From NCBI RefSeq assembly GCF_004765795.1, contig NZ_SBIV01000001.1, forward strand, positions 620,001 to 684,000: a stretch of 64,000 nucleotides of DNA, written 5' to 3'. Origin of the DNA: Halorussus marinus. Lineage in GTDB: Archaea; Halobacteriota; Halobacteria; Halobacteriales; Haladaptataceae. Positions 30,981-41,867 of the stretch are shown here, one piece after another; positions within the stretch are counted from its first letter, which is position 1; each line of letters begins with the position of its first letter. The position numbers and the translations under genes are program-made. The notes under the pieces are model-generated. The model was given only the letters and a program-made list of their open reading frames with translations, was not told the origin of the DNA and did not search any database.

Positions 30981-31523
30981 ATGTACGAGGTCGAACTGAA
31001 GGTCCGCGCCGACCACGACCGGGTCCGCGACCGGCTCGCCGACCGCGACGCCGATCCCGTCGACGAGGTGACACAGATCGACACTTACTACGACGCGCCC
31101 CACCGCGAGTTCGCCGAGACCGACGAGGCCCTGCGGCTCCGAGAGGAGACGACCGCGGCCGGCGAGGCGTCCACCGAACTCACCTACAAGGGGCCGCTGG
31201 TGGAGGCCGAGTCGAAGACCCGCCGGGAGATCGAGACCGCGGTCGCCGACGGCGAGGCGGCCGCGGAAATCTTCGAGGCGCTCGGGTTCGAGCCCGCGGC
31301 GACGGTCCGCAAGGAGCGCGAGCGGTTCGCCCTTGACGGCTACACCGTCACGCTCGACGCGGTCGAGGGGCTGGGCGAGTTCGTCGAGGTCGAGACCGAC
31401 GCCGAGGAGAAGGGCGTCGAATCCGCCCGAGAAGGTGCGATCGAGGTGCTCGCGGCACTCGGACTCGACGCCGACGATCAGATCCGGACGTCGTATCTCG
31501 GCCTGTTGCTCGCCGGCGAGTGA
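30981..31523 (+). CDS. cyaB: CYTH-domain protein (class IV adenylate cyclase family)
   Basis: EVELK, QIDTYY, ALRLR, LTYKGP, KERE, GLGEFVEVE, SYLGL. Confidence 0.9.
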   Translation: MYEVELKVRADHDRVRDRLADRDADPVDEVTQIDTYYDAPHREFAETDEALRLREETTAAGEASTELTYKGPLVEAESKTRREIETAVADGEAAAEIFEALGFEPAATVRKERERFALDGYTVTLDAVEGLGEFVEVETDAEEKGVESAREGAIEVLAALGLDADDQIRTSYLGLLLAGE

Positions 31524-31613
31524 GAGACTCGGGGCGGGAGATAACTGGTAGTCATTTTACGGGACGGAACCGTTTCCGCAAGTTATAGATTCCGGCGCCG
31601 GGAAGACCGAGTA

Positions 31614-32825
31614 ATGACTGACAGGAACATCGAAGTCGAACCCATCGACCGACCGGCGGTCGAGGACCAGGAGATCGAGATCGTCGAGCGGAAGGGGCTG
31701 GGCCACCCGGATTCGATCTCCGACGGCATCGCCGAGAGCGTCTCTCGGGCGCTCGCGCAGGCGTACCTCGATCGAGTGGGGAAGGTGCTCCACTACAACA
31801 CCGACGAGACACAACTCGTCGCGGGCCGGGCCGACCCCGCGTTCGGGGGCGGGGAGATGATCGATCCGATCTATCTGCTCATCGTCGGTCGCGCGACCAA
31901 AGAGTACGAGGGCCTCACCATCCCGACCGGGAAGATCGCGCTGGAGGCGGCCCGCGAGTACATCGACGAGCACTTCCCCGAACTCGAGTTCGGGACCGAC
32001 ATCATCGTCGACGTGAAGCTCGGAGAGGGAAGCGGCGACCTCAAGGAGGTCTTCGGCGAGGAGGGCGCGACCGTTCCGATGGCGAACGACACCAGCTTCG
32101 GCGTGGGCCACGCGCCGCTGACCGAGACCGAACAGATCGTGTTGAACGCCGAACGCCGGCTCAACGGCGAGTTCGCCGACGACGACCCCGCGCTCGGTCA
32201 GGACGTGAAGATCATGGGCAAACGCGAGGGCGACAGCATCGACATCACGGTCGCGGCGGCGCTGATCGACAAGTACGTCGACGACCGCGCGGCCTACGAC
32301 GAGACCGTCGAGTCGATCCGGGAGTTCGTCCGCGAGGTCGCGACCGAGTACACCGACCGCGAGGTGACCGTCTACGTCAACACCGCCGACACCGACGGCG
32401 AGGGCGAGGAGAACGTCTACCTCACGACCACCGGTACCAGCGCCGAGATGGGCGACGACGGCTCGGTCGGTCGGGGCAACCGCTCGAACGGGCTCATCAC
32501 CCCGAACCGGTCGATGTCGATGGAGGCCACCTCGGGCAAAAACCCCGTCAACCACATCGGGAAGATCTACAACCTGCTCGGGACCCAGATCGCCGAGTCG
32601 GTCGTCGCCGAGGTCGACGGGATCCGGGACCTCCGGATCCGACTGCTCAGTCAGATCGGCCGCCCCATCGACCAGCCCCACGTCGCCGACGCGGAGGTCG
32701 TCACCGCCGACGGCGTCGCGCTGTCGGACATCGAGGCCGACATCGCGGCCATCATCGACCGCGAGCTCGCCGACGTCACCTCGATCACCGAGCGGGTGAT
32801 CGACGGCGAGCTGTCGACGTTCTGA
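31614..32825 (+). CDS. mat: Archaeal S-adenosylmethionine synthetase
   Basis: [43 protein letters not shown]. Confidence 0.96.
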   Translation: MTDRNIEVEPIDRPAVEDQEIEIVERKGLGHPDSISDGIAESVSRALAQAYLDRVGKVLHYNTDETQLVAGRADPAFGGGEMIDPIYLLIVGRATKEYEGLTIPTGKIALEAAREYIDEHFPELEFGTDIIVDVKLGEGSGDLKEVFGEEGATVPMANDTSFGVGHAPLTETEQIVLNAERRLNGEFADDDPALGQDVKIMGKREGDSIDITVAAALIDKYVDDRAAYDETVESIREFVREVATEYTDREVTVYVNTADTDGEGEENVYLTTTGTSAEMGDDGSVGRGNRSNGLITPNRSMSMEATSGKNPVNHIGKIYNLLGTQIAESVVAEVDGIRDLRIRLLSQIGRPIDQPHVADAEVVTADGVALSDIEADIAAIIDRELADVTSITERVIDGELSTF

Positions 32826-32894
32826 GGCGGGCGAGCGTCGTCGGCGCGTCGGCCAACCGAAGGCCGTTTATCCGGCTCGCGTCTACGGGGGGAC

Positions 32895-34076
32895 ATGCGA
32901 CCCCCGGAAGCCGACACCGTCCTGGTCCGTCACGCGGACGTGGGCGTCAAGAGCGGGAAGGTGCAGGCCGAGATGGAGCGGCGGCTCCGGGACAACCTCG
33001 AAGCGATCGTCGAGGATCGGGGCGTCGACGCGACGGTCGAGCGCCGGTGGTCCCGGCTGTTCGTCCACGCCGACCCCGAGAGCGTCGACGCGGCCACCGA
33101 CGCCGCGACCGACACCTTCGGCGTCCGGTCGGCCAGCCCCGCGCTCGTGGTGCCGGCCGAGGCCGACGCGATCGTGTCGGCGCTCGGCCGGACCGCCCGC
33201 GAGCACCGCGGGGCGGTCGGGGATACCTTCGCCGTCGACGCCCGCCGTGCGGGGACGACCGACGCCCACCCGTTCACGAGCAAGGACCTCGAAAACGAGG
33301 CCGGGGCGGCGGTCTTCGAGGCGCTCGACGATCCCGAGGTCGATCTGGACGACCCCGATGCGGTCTTCTACGTCGAGTGTCGCGAAGACGAGGCGTACGT
33401 GTTCACCGAGAAGCGGCCCGGTCCCGGCGGGCTTCCGCTCGGGACGCAGGCGCCGGTCGTCGCGCTGGTGAGCGGCGGCATCGACTCGCCGGTCGCGGCG
33501 TGGGAGCTGATGAAGCGGGGCTCGCCAATCGTGCCCGTCTACCTCGAACTCGGCGACTACGGCGGCGCCGACCACGAGGCCCGCGCGATGGAGACGGTCC
33601 GGCGGCTCCGGGAGTACGCCCCCAACTTCGAGCTGGCGATCCGGAAGGTTCCCGCGGGCGACGTCATGGACCTGCTCGCCGAGGAGGTCGGACCCGCCCG
33701 GATGCTGGTGTATCGCCAGTTCATGTACCGGGTCGCCGAGCACGTCGCCCGCGAGGTCAACGCCGCCGGCATCGTGACCGGCGAGGCGATCGGCCAGAAG
33801 TCCTCTCAGACCACTCGGAACCTCGGGGCGACGAGTCAGGCGACCGCGCTGCCGATCCACCGTCCGCTGTTGACGATGGACAAGTCCGAGATCACCGAGC
33901 GTGCCCGCCGGATCGGCACGTACCGGGACTCGACGATCCCCGCGGGATGCAACCGGATCGCACCCGACTACCCCGAGACGAACGCCACGCTCGAAATCGT
34001 CGAGAACGCCCGGCCGGCGGGGCTGTTCGAGCGCGCCCGCGAGGCGGCCGAGGACGCGACGGTCGTCGAGGTCTGA
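32895..34076 (+). CDS. thiI: tRNA sulfurtransferase ThiI (THUMP plus PP-loop)
   Basis: GPGGLPLGTQ, SGGIDSPVAAW, TGEAIGQKSSQT, RPL. Confidence 0.92.
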   Translation: MRPPEADTVLVRHADVGVKSGKVQAEMERRLRDNLEAIVEDRGVDATVERRWSRLFVHADPESVDAATDAATDTFGVRSASPALVVPAEADAIVSALGRTAREHRGAVGDTFAVDARRAGTTDAHPFTSKDLENEAGAAVFEALDDPEVDLDDPDAVFYVECREDEAYVFTEKRPGPGGLPLGTQAPVVALVSGGIDSPVAAWELMKRGSPIVPVYLELGDYGGADHEARAMETVRRLREYAPNFELAIRKVPAGDVMDLLAEEVGPARMLVYRQFMYRVAEHVAREVNAAGIVTGEAIGQKSSQTTRNLGATSQATALPIHRPLLTMDKSEITERARRIGTYRDSTIPAGCNRIAPDYPETNATLEIVENARPAGLFERAREAAEDATVVEV

Positions 34077-34088
34077 TCGGGGCCGTCG

Positions 34089-34271
34089 TTACGACTCGTC
34101 GCCGTGGACGGCCAGCGTCAGCATCGAAAGAACCACGACGACGGGAATCAGTACCTCGACGTACGTCCCGAACGAGTCGGACCCGCCGTACAGATACGAC
34201 GCGCCGGCGCCGAGCAGACCGACGACGGCGACGCCGCGCAGGAACGTCCGGCTCTCGCCCGTGTTCGTCAC
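34089..34271 (-). CDS. Putative small two-TM membrane protein
   Basis: Two hydrophobic stretches in a 60-aa intergenic ORF; start uncertain. Confidence 0.45.
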   Translation of the reverse strand: MTNTGESRTFLRGVAVVGLLGAGASYLYGGSDSFGTYVEVLIPVVVVLSMLTLAVHGDES

Positions 34272-34421
34272 GTCCGACGTGTTTCCAGATTAGCACCAAA
34301 GGGCTTACGTGTTCGATGTGGGCGCGACTCCGGGAGCGCTCGGAACAGACCCGTTCCTGCGGCCGACGTCTCCCGGCCGCCGAACGAAATCGCTTTACGG
34401 CGCAGATTCCTTCCACAGCGT

Positions 34422-34877
34422 GTGACTCGGGTCTGTTTCGTCGGCTCGCCGGGGGTCGATCTCCGGACCGAGCTCCGATCGCGCGAGACCGCCCGCGAGG
34501 CGCTCGCGACCTACGACCTCCGGGAGCCGTACCGCAACTCGCTGGCGGTCGACACCATCAGTCTGGGGTCGGCGATCGCGCTGTGCAACGACCTGAACTG
34601 GTATCTGGTGCGGTTCGCCGACGACGCGCTGGTGATGGAGCCCAGCGTCACCGACGAGGAGTGGCTCTCCCGGGAGCTGGCGACCGCGGTTCGGGACGGC
34701 GCGGTCGACCCGGCCGAGACCGACGAGTACCTCAAGGTGTACGGCCTGACCGCCGAGGACGAGCTGGTCGAGCCGATGTACCTCTCGCGAACCGACGGCG
34801 ACATCCCGGCGTACGACCTGCGGGACGTCCCGGACACCGTCGTCGTTCGGGTCACCGAGTCTGAGTTCGGCGGATAG
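34422..34877 (+). CDS. DUF5804-like conserved haloarchaeal protein
   Basis: VTRVCFVG...LRSRETAREALATY...LNWYLVR...VRVTESEF. Confidence 0.8.
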   Translation: MTRVCFVGSPGVDLRTELRSRETAREALATYDLREPYRNSLAVDTISLGSAIALCNDLNWYLVRFADDALVMEPSVTDEEWLSRELATAVRDGAVDPAETDEYLKVYGLTAEDELVEPMYLSRTDGDIPAYDLRDVPDTVVVRVTESEFGG

Positions 34878-35002
34878 ACCTATATCTCGCCGACGTCTTC
34901 GCTGGATCGTTTCACTTACTCGCAGAGTCTGGGACCGTCGCCCGCCGAGCGTTCGGAGCCGTCGGTTTCGAACGCGACCGATCGAGACGGAGTCGCGGCC
35001 GC

Positions 35003-36055
35003 TCAGTCGAACATCCCGGTCGAGAGGTACCGCTCGCCGCTGTCGGGGTAGACGGTCACCACGAGCGGACAGTCGTCGTAGCCGTCGTCGACGCCGCCGT
35101 CGGACGACAGCTCCGCGGAGGCCGCGCCGTCCTCGCCGTCCGATCCCGTGAGATCGGCGAGCTCGTCGGGCACCTCCGGGCAGTTGAGCTGGGGTCGGGC
35201 GATGCGGTCTGCGACCCGGCGGGCCGCGACCGACGCCGCCCCCGAGGACTGACCCACGAGGATCCCCTCTTCGCGGGCCAGTCGTCGGGCCTCCGCTTCG
35301 GCGTCGTCGAGGGCGACCGTCTCGACGGCGTCCAGCAGATCGGTGTCGAGCAGTTCGCTCACGAACCCCGGCCCCATCCCCTGATAGTCGTCGTCGCCGA
35401 TCGGACGGTCGTCGCCGGACGCGCCGCTCTCGGTGTCCAACTCCTTTTTGAGGACGGCGTTGCGCTCGGGCTCGACCGCGACGACCTCCATCTCGGGGAA
35501 CGCCTCGCGCAGGCGCGACGCCGTGCCGGTGATCGTGCCGCCGGTCCCCACGCCCGCGACGAAGGCGTCGATCTCGCGGCCCTCGACCTGTTCGAGGATC
35601 TCCTCGGCGGTCGTCCGGTAGTGGGCCGCGGCGTTCGCGGGGTTCTCGAACTGCCCCATCTGGACGGCGCCCTCCGTCTCGGCGAGTCGGTCGGCCCGGT
35701 CGCGGGCCGACTCCATGTTCCCCTCGACCAGTTCCACGTCCGCGCCGTACGCCCGAAGCAGTTCGCGGCGCTCGGGCGACTTCGAGGCGGGCATCACGAT
35801 AGTGAGATCGTAGCCGCGGGCGGCCGCCGCGACCGCGAGCCCGATGCCCGTGTTGCCGCTGGTGGGTTCGACCAGCCGGTCGCCGGGCTCGATCTCGCCG
35901 GCGCGCTCGGCGGCGGCGATCATCTCTCTGGCCGGTCTGTCTTTGGCCGACCCGCCGGGGTTGAACGCTTCGACCTTCGCCGCGACGGTCGCACCCTCCG
36001 GCGAGGCCACCCGGACGAGCGGCGAACCGATCGTATCGAGGATGGACTCTCTCAT
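35003..36055 (-). CDS. cysK: PLP-dependent cysteine synthase
   Basis: NPGGSAKDR, PTSGNTG, GTGGT, QGMG, PDSGERYLS. Confidence 0.93.
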   Translation of the reverse strand: MRESILDTIGSPLVRVASPEGATVAAKVEAFNPGGSAKDRPAREMIAAAERAGEIEPGDRLVEPTSGNTGIGLAVAAAARGYDLTIVMPASKSPERRELLRAYGADVELVEGNMESARDRADRLAETEGAVQMGQFENPANAAAHYRTTAEEILEQVEGREIDAFVAGVGTGGTITGTASRLREAFPEMEVVAVEPERNAVLKKELDTESGASGDDRPIGDDDYQGMGPGFVSELLDTDLLDAVETVALDDAEAEARRLAREEGILVGQSSGAASVAARRVADRIARPQLNCPEVPDELADLTGSDGEDGAASAELSSDGGVDDGYDDCPLVVTVYPDSGERYLSTGMFD

Positions 36056-36166
36056 CGTCGGGAGTACGGCCGGCAGGCATAAACACGTACTGCTCGTCGG
36101 CAGGTCGTGCCGGGATTTTCGCCGGGGCCTGTGTGGTTAAATCCGTCCGGCCACTACAGGTCTCAC

Positions 36167-36538
36167 ATGGAGACGACCGAACCGAGTCCGACGTGGGACA
36201 CAGCGGCACACAGCGAAGCCGTCGACGCCATCGAGGCCGGCGTCGGCGAGGTCACCTACCGGATCTGGGGCGCCGACTGGTGTGGCGACTGCCGGGCGGT
36301 CCTCCCGGACCTGTTCGCGGCGCTCGAAGCCGCGGGCGTCCCCGACGACGAGATCGCCGTCCACGAGGTCGACGAGAACAAGGACGGCGAAGGCGTCGAG
36401 GCGTACGACGTGACCCACATCCCGACTATCGTCGTCGAGCGCGACGGCGAGGAGCTGGCCCGCTTCGAGGAGAGCGAAGACCGACCCGCCGCCGAGTACG
36501 TCGCCGACCGACTGCTCTCGTCGGACGTGCTGGCCTGA
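36167..36538 (+). CDS. Thioredoxin family protein
   Basis: WGADWCGDC, IPTIVV. Confidence 0.88.
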   Translation: METTEPSPTWDTAAHSEAVDAIEAGVGEVTYRIWGADWCGDCRAVLPDLFAALEAAGVPDDEIAVHEVDENKDGEGVEAYDVTHIPTIVVERDGEELARFEESEDRPAAEYVADRLLSSDVLA

Positions 36539-36651
36539 GCGCCCGGCGAGTCGGGTCCGACCGCCGGCCCCTCGTCCGTGATTAAACACCTAGTAGTGCC
36601 CGGTATGCACTTAGGGAAACCGTTAACATTCGGTCAGTGCCACCAATTGTC

Positions 36652-36795
36652 ATGGTGAGAACTGACACATACAGTCCGGACGGCGGAACCTACGAGTGCC
36701 GGCGGTGTCTCCACCGCGCGGAGGCGCCCGACCACCCCGGGTCCTGCCCGGAGTGTGACGGCCCACTACGCAACATCGCGGTCCCGCGCGAGTGA
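36652..36795 (+). CDS. 47-aa rubredoxin/rubrerythrin-like CxxC...CPxC zinc-ribbon protein (not in ORF track)
   Basis: MVRTDTYSPDGGTYECRRCLHRAEAPDHPGSCPECDGPLRNIAVPRE*; GGAAACCGTTAAC promoter-like element about 25 bp upstream. Confidence 0.85.
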   Translation: MVRTDTYSPDGGTYECRRCLHRAEAPDHPGSCPECDGPLRNIAVPRE

Positions 36796-36809
36796 TCGCG
36801 GGCCCGCCG

Positions 36810-38927
36810 CTACGACGCGTCGGCCCAGTCGAGGGCCGCCGTCACGTCCGTCTCGGGCGGCGAGCACGCGAACCCGCGACAGACGTACGCGGTTGGGGCG
36901 CCCTCGCGGGCGGTCCGGTCGGCCCAGATCGGCGGCGCTTCCGCGAGCCCGAGCGCGTCGAGCCACGACGAGAGGCCCTCGTCGGCGGGCGGTCGGACCG
37001 ACACCACGCGCCGCGGGAGATACCGGGCGGCGAGTTCCTCGCGCCACGCCTCGGGGAGTCGGTCGGCCGCGACGGTGACCTCGAGCGACCCGGTCGCGTA
37101 CCGGTCGGCCGCCAGCGCGAGCGAGGCGTGCTGGAGCGGGTTCGACGTGATTCCCCGTCCCCGGGTTTCGAGGACGCGCTCGGCGATCGCCTCGAACTCG
37201 TCGTCGGGCCGGAACGGATCGAGCGCGAGGAGGGTATCGACCGCGACCCCGAGGCTGGAGGGCGTCGACTGGTCGTGGGGCTCTTGGGGGCGCGCGACCA
37301 ACTCCTCGCCGCTGTCGGGCGTGAAGTAGATCGTGCCGGCCGACTCGTCGTAGAACTCGGCCGCGACGGCGTCGGCGAGGTCGAGCGCGAACCCGAGGTG
37401 GTCGCGGTCGCCGGTCGCCTCGTAGCAGTTCAGCGCGGCCCGCGCGAGGAAGGCGTAGTCTTCGAGGTAGCCCTCGATCGCGACGTCGCCCCCCTTGTAC
37501 CGCCGAGAGAGCCGATTCTCCTCGTCGTCCCAGAGGCGTTCGCGGACGAACTCCAGCGCGTCGGTCGCGAGGCCGGCGTACCGGTCGCGATCGTCGAGCA
37601 CTAGGGCGGCCTCGGCCAGCGCCGAGATCATCAGACCGTTCCACCCCGCGAGCACCTTCTCGTCGCGGCGGGGTCGGACCCGCTGGGCCCGGGCGTCGAA
37701 GACCTGCTCGCGGGCGTCTTCGAGGCGTTCGCGGACGGTCGACTCCTCGAGGTCGGAGGCGTCGGCGAGTTCGGGGATCGACTCGGAGATCGTGAGCACC
37801 GTCGACCCCTCGAAGTTGCCCGACTCCGTGACGCCGAACCGCTCGCAGAAGAGGTCGGCGGCGTCCTCGTCGGCGACCGCCGACCGGATCTGGTCGGGCG
37901 TCCAGACGTAGAACGCGCCCTCCTCGCCCTCGCTCTGGGCGTCGAGGGTGCTGTAGAACCCGCCCTCCGGGTGGGTGAGCTCTCGCTCGACGAACCCGAC
38001 GGTCCGGCGGGCGGCCTCGGCGAATCGGTCGTCGCCGACGGCCTGATACCCCGCGAGCAACGCCCGGGTTATCTCGGCGTTGTCGTACAGCATCTTCTCG
38101 AAGTGGGGGACGACCCACTCCCGGTCGACCGTGTAGCGGTGGAAGCCGCCCCCGACGTGATCGAACAACCCGCCGTCGGTCATCGCTTCGAGCGCCTCGG
38201 CGGCGACTTCGCGGTACTCCTCGTCGCCCAGATCGGCGGCGGCCCGCAAGAGCAGGTGGATCCGTCCGGCCTGCGGGAACTTCTGGCCCGTGCCGAACCC
38301 GCCGTGTTCGCGGTCGGCGCTCCGGACCGCGGCGTCGGCGGCGGTTTCGAGGACGCCGTCCCCGGGGAGTTCGCTCGCCTCGGGCACCGATTCGAGTTCG
38401 CCCTCGATGGCGTCGGTCCACTGGTCGGCCCGGTTTTCCATCTCGGCGCGGTCGTCCTCGTCGCCCCAGGAGTCGGCGATGTTCTCGAGCAGGTCCCGGA
38501 AGCCGGGCTGGCCGCGCTTGGCCTCCTTCGGGAAGTAGGTCCCGACGTAGAACGGCCGGCCGTCGGGCGTGAGCCACGCCGAGAGCGGCCAGCCGCCCCG
38601 GCGGGTGACCGCCTGACAGATGGTCTGGTAGACGCTGTCGAGATCGGGGCGCTCCTCGCGGTCGACCTTGATCGGGACGAAGTGCTCGTTGAGCACCTCC
38701 GCGACGCCCTCGTCCTCGAAGCTCTCTTCTTCCATGACGTGACACCAGTGACACGCCGAGTAGCCGACCGACAGGAAGATCGGCACGTCCCGGTCCTCGG
38801 CCGCGGCGAGCGCGGTCTCGTCCCACGGCTGCCAGTTGACGGGGTTGTCGGCGTGCTGGCGGAGGTAGGGGCTCTGTTCGTCGTCGAGCCGATTGCGGTC
38901 GGTCGGGTCGGCGTCGGGCTCGCTCAT
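36810..38927 (-). CDS. YyaL/DUF255 thioredoxin-domain protein
   Basis: NRLDDEQSPYLRQHADNPVNW, ACHWCHVM, KVDREERPD, VPHFEKMLYDNA. Confidence 0.93.
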   Translation of the reverse strand: MSEPDADPTDRNRLDDEQSPYLRQHADNPVNWQPWDETALAAAEDRDVPIFLSVGYSACHWCHVMEEESFEDEGVAEVLNEHFVPIKVDREERPDLDSVYQTICQAVTRRGGWPLSAWLTPDGRPFYVGTYFPKEAKRGQPGFRDLLENIADSWGDEDDRAEMENRADQWTDAIEGELESVPEASELPGDGVLETAADAAVRSADREHGGFGTGQKFPQAGRIHLLLRAAADLGDEEYREVAAEALEAMTDGGLFDHVGGGFHRYTVDREWVVPHFEKMLYDNAEITRALLAGYQAVGDDRFAEAARRTVGFVERELTHPEGGFYSTLDAQSEGEEGAFYVWTPDQIRSAVADEDAADLFCERFGVTESGNFEGSTVLTISESIPELADASDLEESTVRERLEDAREQVFDARAQRVRPRRDEKVLAGWNGLMISALAEAALVLDDRDRYAGLATDALEFVRERLWDDEENRLSRRYKGGDVAIEGYLEDYAFLARAALNCYEATGDRDHLGFALDLADAVAAEFYDESAGTIYFTPDSGEELVARPQEPHDQSTPSSLGVAVDTLLALDPFRPDDEFEAIAERVLETRGRGITSNPLQHASLALAADRYATGSLEVTVAADRLPEAWREELAARYLPRRVVSVRPPADEGLSSWLDALGLAEAPPIWADRTAREGAPTAYVCRGFACSPPETDVTAALDWADAS

Positions 38928-38995
38928 GGGCGACCGGAGGGGCTTGACCGACGTAAAGTCGGGGTTCCGATGGAGCGACCGGCCGACCGGCCACC

Positions 38996-39448
38996 CTACG
39001 CCCCGTCGGCCGCCATCCGGTCGCTGTAATCCCAACTGTGGACGCGGTCGGGCCGGATGCGGATCCGGACCTCCTCGCGGTCCTCCGAGAGGAGCCACTC
39101 GGCGAGCGGCGAGCCGGCGTCGCCGAGGTACCGCTCGACGAGATCCCGGAGGACCGACTTGTCGGCGTCGGGCGAGAGTGCGGCGGTGCCGTTGCCCCGG
39201 ACGCCCCGGTAGGGCGGCCGGTTCTCGGACACCTCGAACGCGACCGCGGAGTCGCCCCGGAGGTAGCCGACCACGTCGGCGTTCGCCCCGGTCGCACACT
39301 CGAAGACGCCGTCGCGGTAGCGGTACCACAGCGCGACAAGCCACAGCGACCCGTCGGGGCGGTGGCAGGCCAGCCGGATCGGGATCGCCGCCTCCGCGAG
39401 ATACGACTCGACCGCCGGCTCCGCCCACGCGCCCGTGAACTCGGTCAT
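38996..39448 (-). CDS. Pyridoxamine 5'-phosphate oxidase-like protein
   Basis: IPIRLAC...PPYRGVRGNG...SWDYSDRM. Confidence 0.8.
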   Translation of the reverse strand: MTEFTGAWAEPAVESYLAEAAIPIRLACHRPDGSLWLVALWYRYRDGVFECATGANADVVGYLRGDSAVAFEVSENRPPYRGVRGNGTAALSPDADKSVLRDLVERYLGDAGSPLAEWLLSEDREEVRIRIRPDRVHSWDYSDRMAADGA

Positions 39449-39564
39449 GTGACTCGGTAGCGTCCGACAGCTAATAGTTCTCCCGCCGACGTCCCCCATA
39501 CTCGTGCATACATCTTCGTTCGTCAAGAGCAAACTTTACACTCCCGTGCCTACACTCTCCGGGC

Positions 39565-40857
39565 ATGAGCGAGACAGTGCTGTTGGTCGGCGGCGGCGGC
39601 CGCGAACACGCCATCGCGCGTGCGCTGGCGGACGGCGACGCCACGCTGTACGCCTGCGCGGGCAACCGCAACCCCGGCATCGCGTCGATCGCCGAGGGGT
39701 TCGAGACCCTCGAAACCACCGACCCGAGCGCGGTCGTGGCCTACGCCGAGGACGTGGACGCGACCCTCGCGGTCGTCGGCCCGGAGGGGCCGCTCGCGGC
39801 GGGCGTCGCCGACGCGCTCGACGACGCCGGCATCTACGCGTTCGGGCCCAACGAGGCCCAAGCCCGCATCGAGACCGACAAGGCCTACCAGCGCCGGTTC
39901 ATGCGCGACCACGACGTCCCGGGGTGTCCGGAGTTCGAGACGTTCGACGACGTCGAGGCCGCCTGCGAGTACATCGACGCCGCCGACGGCGACCTCGCGG
40001 TCAAGCCCGCCGGACTCACCGGCGGGAAGGGCGTCCGAGTGATCGGCGATCAGGTGACCGCCGAGGAGGCCAAGACGTACCTCCGGGACGCCGACTACGA
40101 CCGGGTGGTCCTCGAAGAGCGACTGGTCGGCGAGGAGTTCACCGTCCAGGCGTTCGTCGCGAACGGCGACCTCCGGGTCACCCCGGCGGTGCAGGACCAC
40201 AAGCGCGCCTACGAGGGCGACGAGGGGCCAAACACCGGCGGTATGGGGAGTTACAGCGACGCCGACTCCGCCCTGCCGTTCATGACCGACGACGACTACG
40301 AGGCGGCCCTCAACGTGCTAGAGGCGACCGTCGACGCCCTCGACGGCTACAAGGGCGTCCTCTACGGGCAGTTCATGCTCACCGCCGACGGCGTGAAGGT
40401 CGTGGAGTTCAACGCCCGGTTGGGCGACCCCGAGGCGATGAACACCCTGCCGGTGCTCGACACCGACTTCCTCGACGTGCTGGTCGCGGCCCGCGAGGGC
40501 GAGTCGCTCCCCGACCTCTCGTTCGCGCCGAACGCCACGGTCTGTAAGTACGCCGTTCCCGAGGGGTATCCGACCGATCCGGAGGCCGGCGCGAAGGTCG
40601 AGATCACCGAGGAGAACGCGGGCGACGCGCTCCTGTTCTACGCGAGCGTCGACCAGCGCGAGGACGGCATCTACACCACCACCTCCCGGGCGTTCGCGGT
40701 GGTGGGCGTCGCCGACACCGTCACCGACGCCGAGGCGATCGCCGAGGACGCCCTCGCGGTCGCGGGCGAGGAGGGCCTCGACGTGCGCCACGACATCGGC
40801 AAACCCGATCTGGTCCAGCGGCGGATCGACCACGTCGCCGACCTCCGGAGCCGGTAG
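39565..40857 (+). CDS. purD: Phosphoribosylamine--glycine ligase
   Basis: GGGGREHA, GPEGPL, GGKGV, QDHKR, GPNTGGMG, EFNARLGDPE. Confidence 0.97.
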   Translation: MSETVLLVGGGGREHAIARALADGDATLYACAGNRNPGIASIAEGFETLETTDPSAVVAYAEDVDATLAVVGPEGPLAAGVADALDDAGIYAFGPNEAQARIETDKAYQRRFMRDHDVPGCPEFETFDDVEAACEYIDAADGDLAVKPAGLTGGKGVRVIGDQVTAEEAKTYLRDADYDRVVLEERLVGEEFTVQAFVANGDLRVTPAVQDHKRAYEGDEGPNTGGMGSYSDADSALPFMTDDDYEAALNVLEATVDALDGYKGVLYGQFMLTADGVKVVEFNARLGDPEAMNTLPVLDTDFLDVLVAAREGESLPDLSFAPNATVCKYAVPEGYPTDPEAGAKVEITEENAGDALLFYASVDQREDGIYTTTSRAFAVVGVADTVTDAEAIAEDALAVAGEEGLDVRHDIGKPDLVQRRIDHVADLRSR

Positions 40858-40922
40858 TCAAGTCGGGCTTGTCGAGTCGAAAGCGACACATAACAAAGCC
40901 CGGTAGCCTGTTCACAGAGGAT

Positions 40923-41264
40923 ATGTTCGACTCGGGCGAGCGATCGGCGACGCTGACGACCGACGAGGTCTTCGAGCTACTGAGCGACGCCGACCGGCGG
41001 TGTGCGCTCGTCGTGCTCCGCCGAGCGGACGGCGCCGTGTCGCTCGGCGAGCTCGCGTCGGCGACGGTCGCGATCGCCGAGGACCGCGACCCCGAGGGGG
41101 TGGCCGACGACGAGCGCGAGCGGACCGCGACCGCGCTCCACCACCGCCACCTGCCCCGGCTCGCGGAGGCAGGGGTCGTCGACTACGACCCGGCCGAGAG
41201 CCGCGTCGAGCTGACCGACGCCGCCGCCGATCTCGATCCCGTGTTCCGGATGCTCTCGGAGTGA
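40923..41264 (+). CDS. Haloarchaeal winged-HTH (DUF7344-like) protein
   Basis: FELLSDADRR...LHHRHLPRLAEAGVVDYD. Confidence 0.82.
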   Translation: MFDSGERSATLTTDEVFELLSDADRRCALVVLRRADGAVSLGELASATVAIAEDRDPEGVADDERERTATALHHRHLPRLAEAGVVDYDPAESRVELTDAAADLDPVFRMLSE

Positions 41265-41314
41265 GCCGACCCGGACCAGCCACCTTCAAGACCGAACCCC
41301 TCGAACCTCCGGCC

Positions 41315-41830
41315 GTGACCGACGAGACGCGACGCCACGATCGAATCGCCCACCACGCGACGCCGGGGCCGTACAACTCCCTCCAGTCGTGGCTCGACGC
41401 CAAACACCCGCTCCGGGTCGCGCTGAACTACGTCGTCATCGTTCTGGCTCGCGTCTCGCCCAGCCTGCGGCTCAAAAACTACCTGTTGCGTTCGATCGGC
41501 GTCACCGTCGGCGAGGGCGTCTCGTGGGGGCTCGAATCCACGCCCGACGTGTTCTGGCCCGAACTCGTCACCGTCGAGGACCACGCCATCGTCGGCTACG
41601 ACGCCACTCTGCTCTGTCACGAGTTCCTCCAGGACGAGTACCGCACCGGCGAGGTCGTCGTCGGCGAGCGGGCGATGATCGGCGCGGGCGCGGTCGTGCT
41701 CCCGGGCGTCGAGATCGGCGCCGGCGCGAGCGTCGCCGCAAACTCGCTGGTGACCGAAGACGTGCCGGCGGGCGCGACGGTCGCGGGAGTCCCCGCCCGC
41801 CCGATGAACAGCGACGAGCTGTCGGACTGA
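41315..41830 (+). CDS. Hexapeptide-repeat acyltransferase
   Basis: VVVGERAMIGAGAVVLPGVEIG...VAGVPARP. Confidence 0.88.
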   Translation: MTDETRRHDRIAHHATPGPYNSLQSWLDAKHPLRVALNYVVIVLARVSPSLRLKNYLLRSIGVTVGEGVSWGLESTPDVFWPELVTVEDHAIVGYDATLLCHEFLQDEYRTGEVVVGERAMIGAGAVVLPGVEIGAGASVAANSLVTEDVPAGATVAGVPARPMNSDELSD

Positions 41831-41867
41831 TCTGGCCGGAATCGACTCGGCGTGCGCACCGAGATCG

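Noticed and set aside
33047..34864. Long R/P/G-rich alternative-frame and antisense ORFs here and throughout (e.g. 36766-39339, 51740-53815)
   Set aside because: Typical high-GC shadow ORFs overlapping well-supported genes
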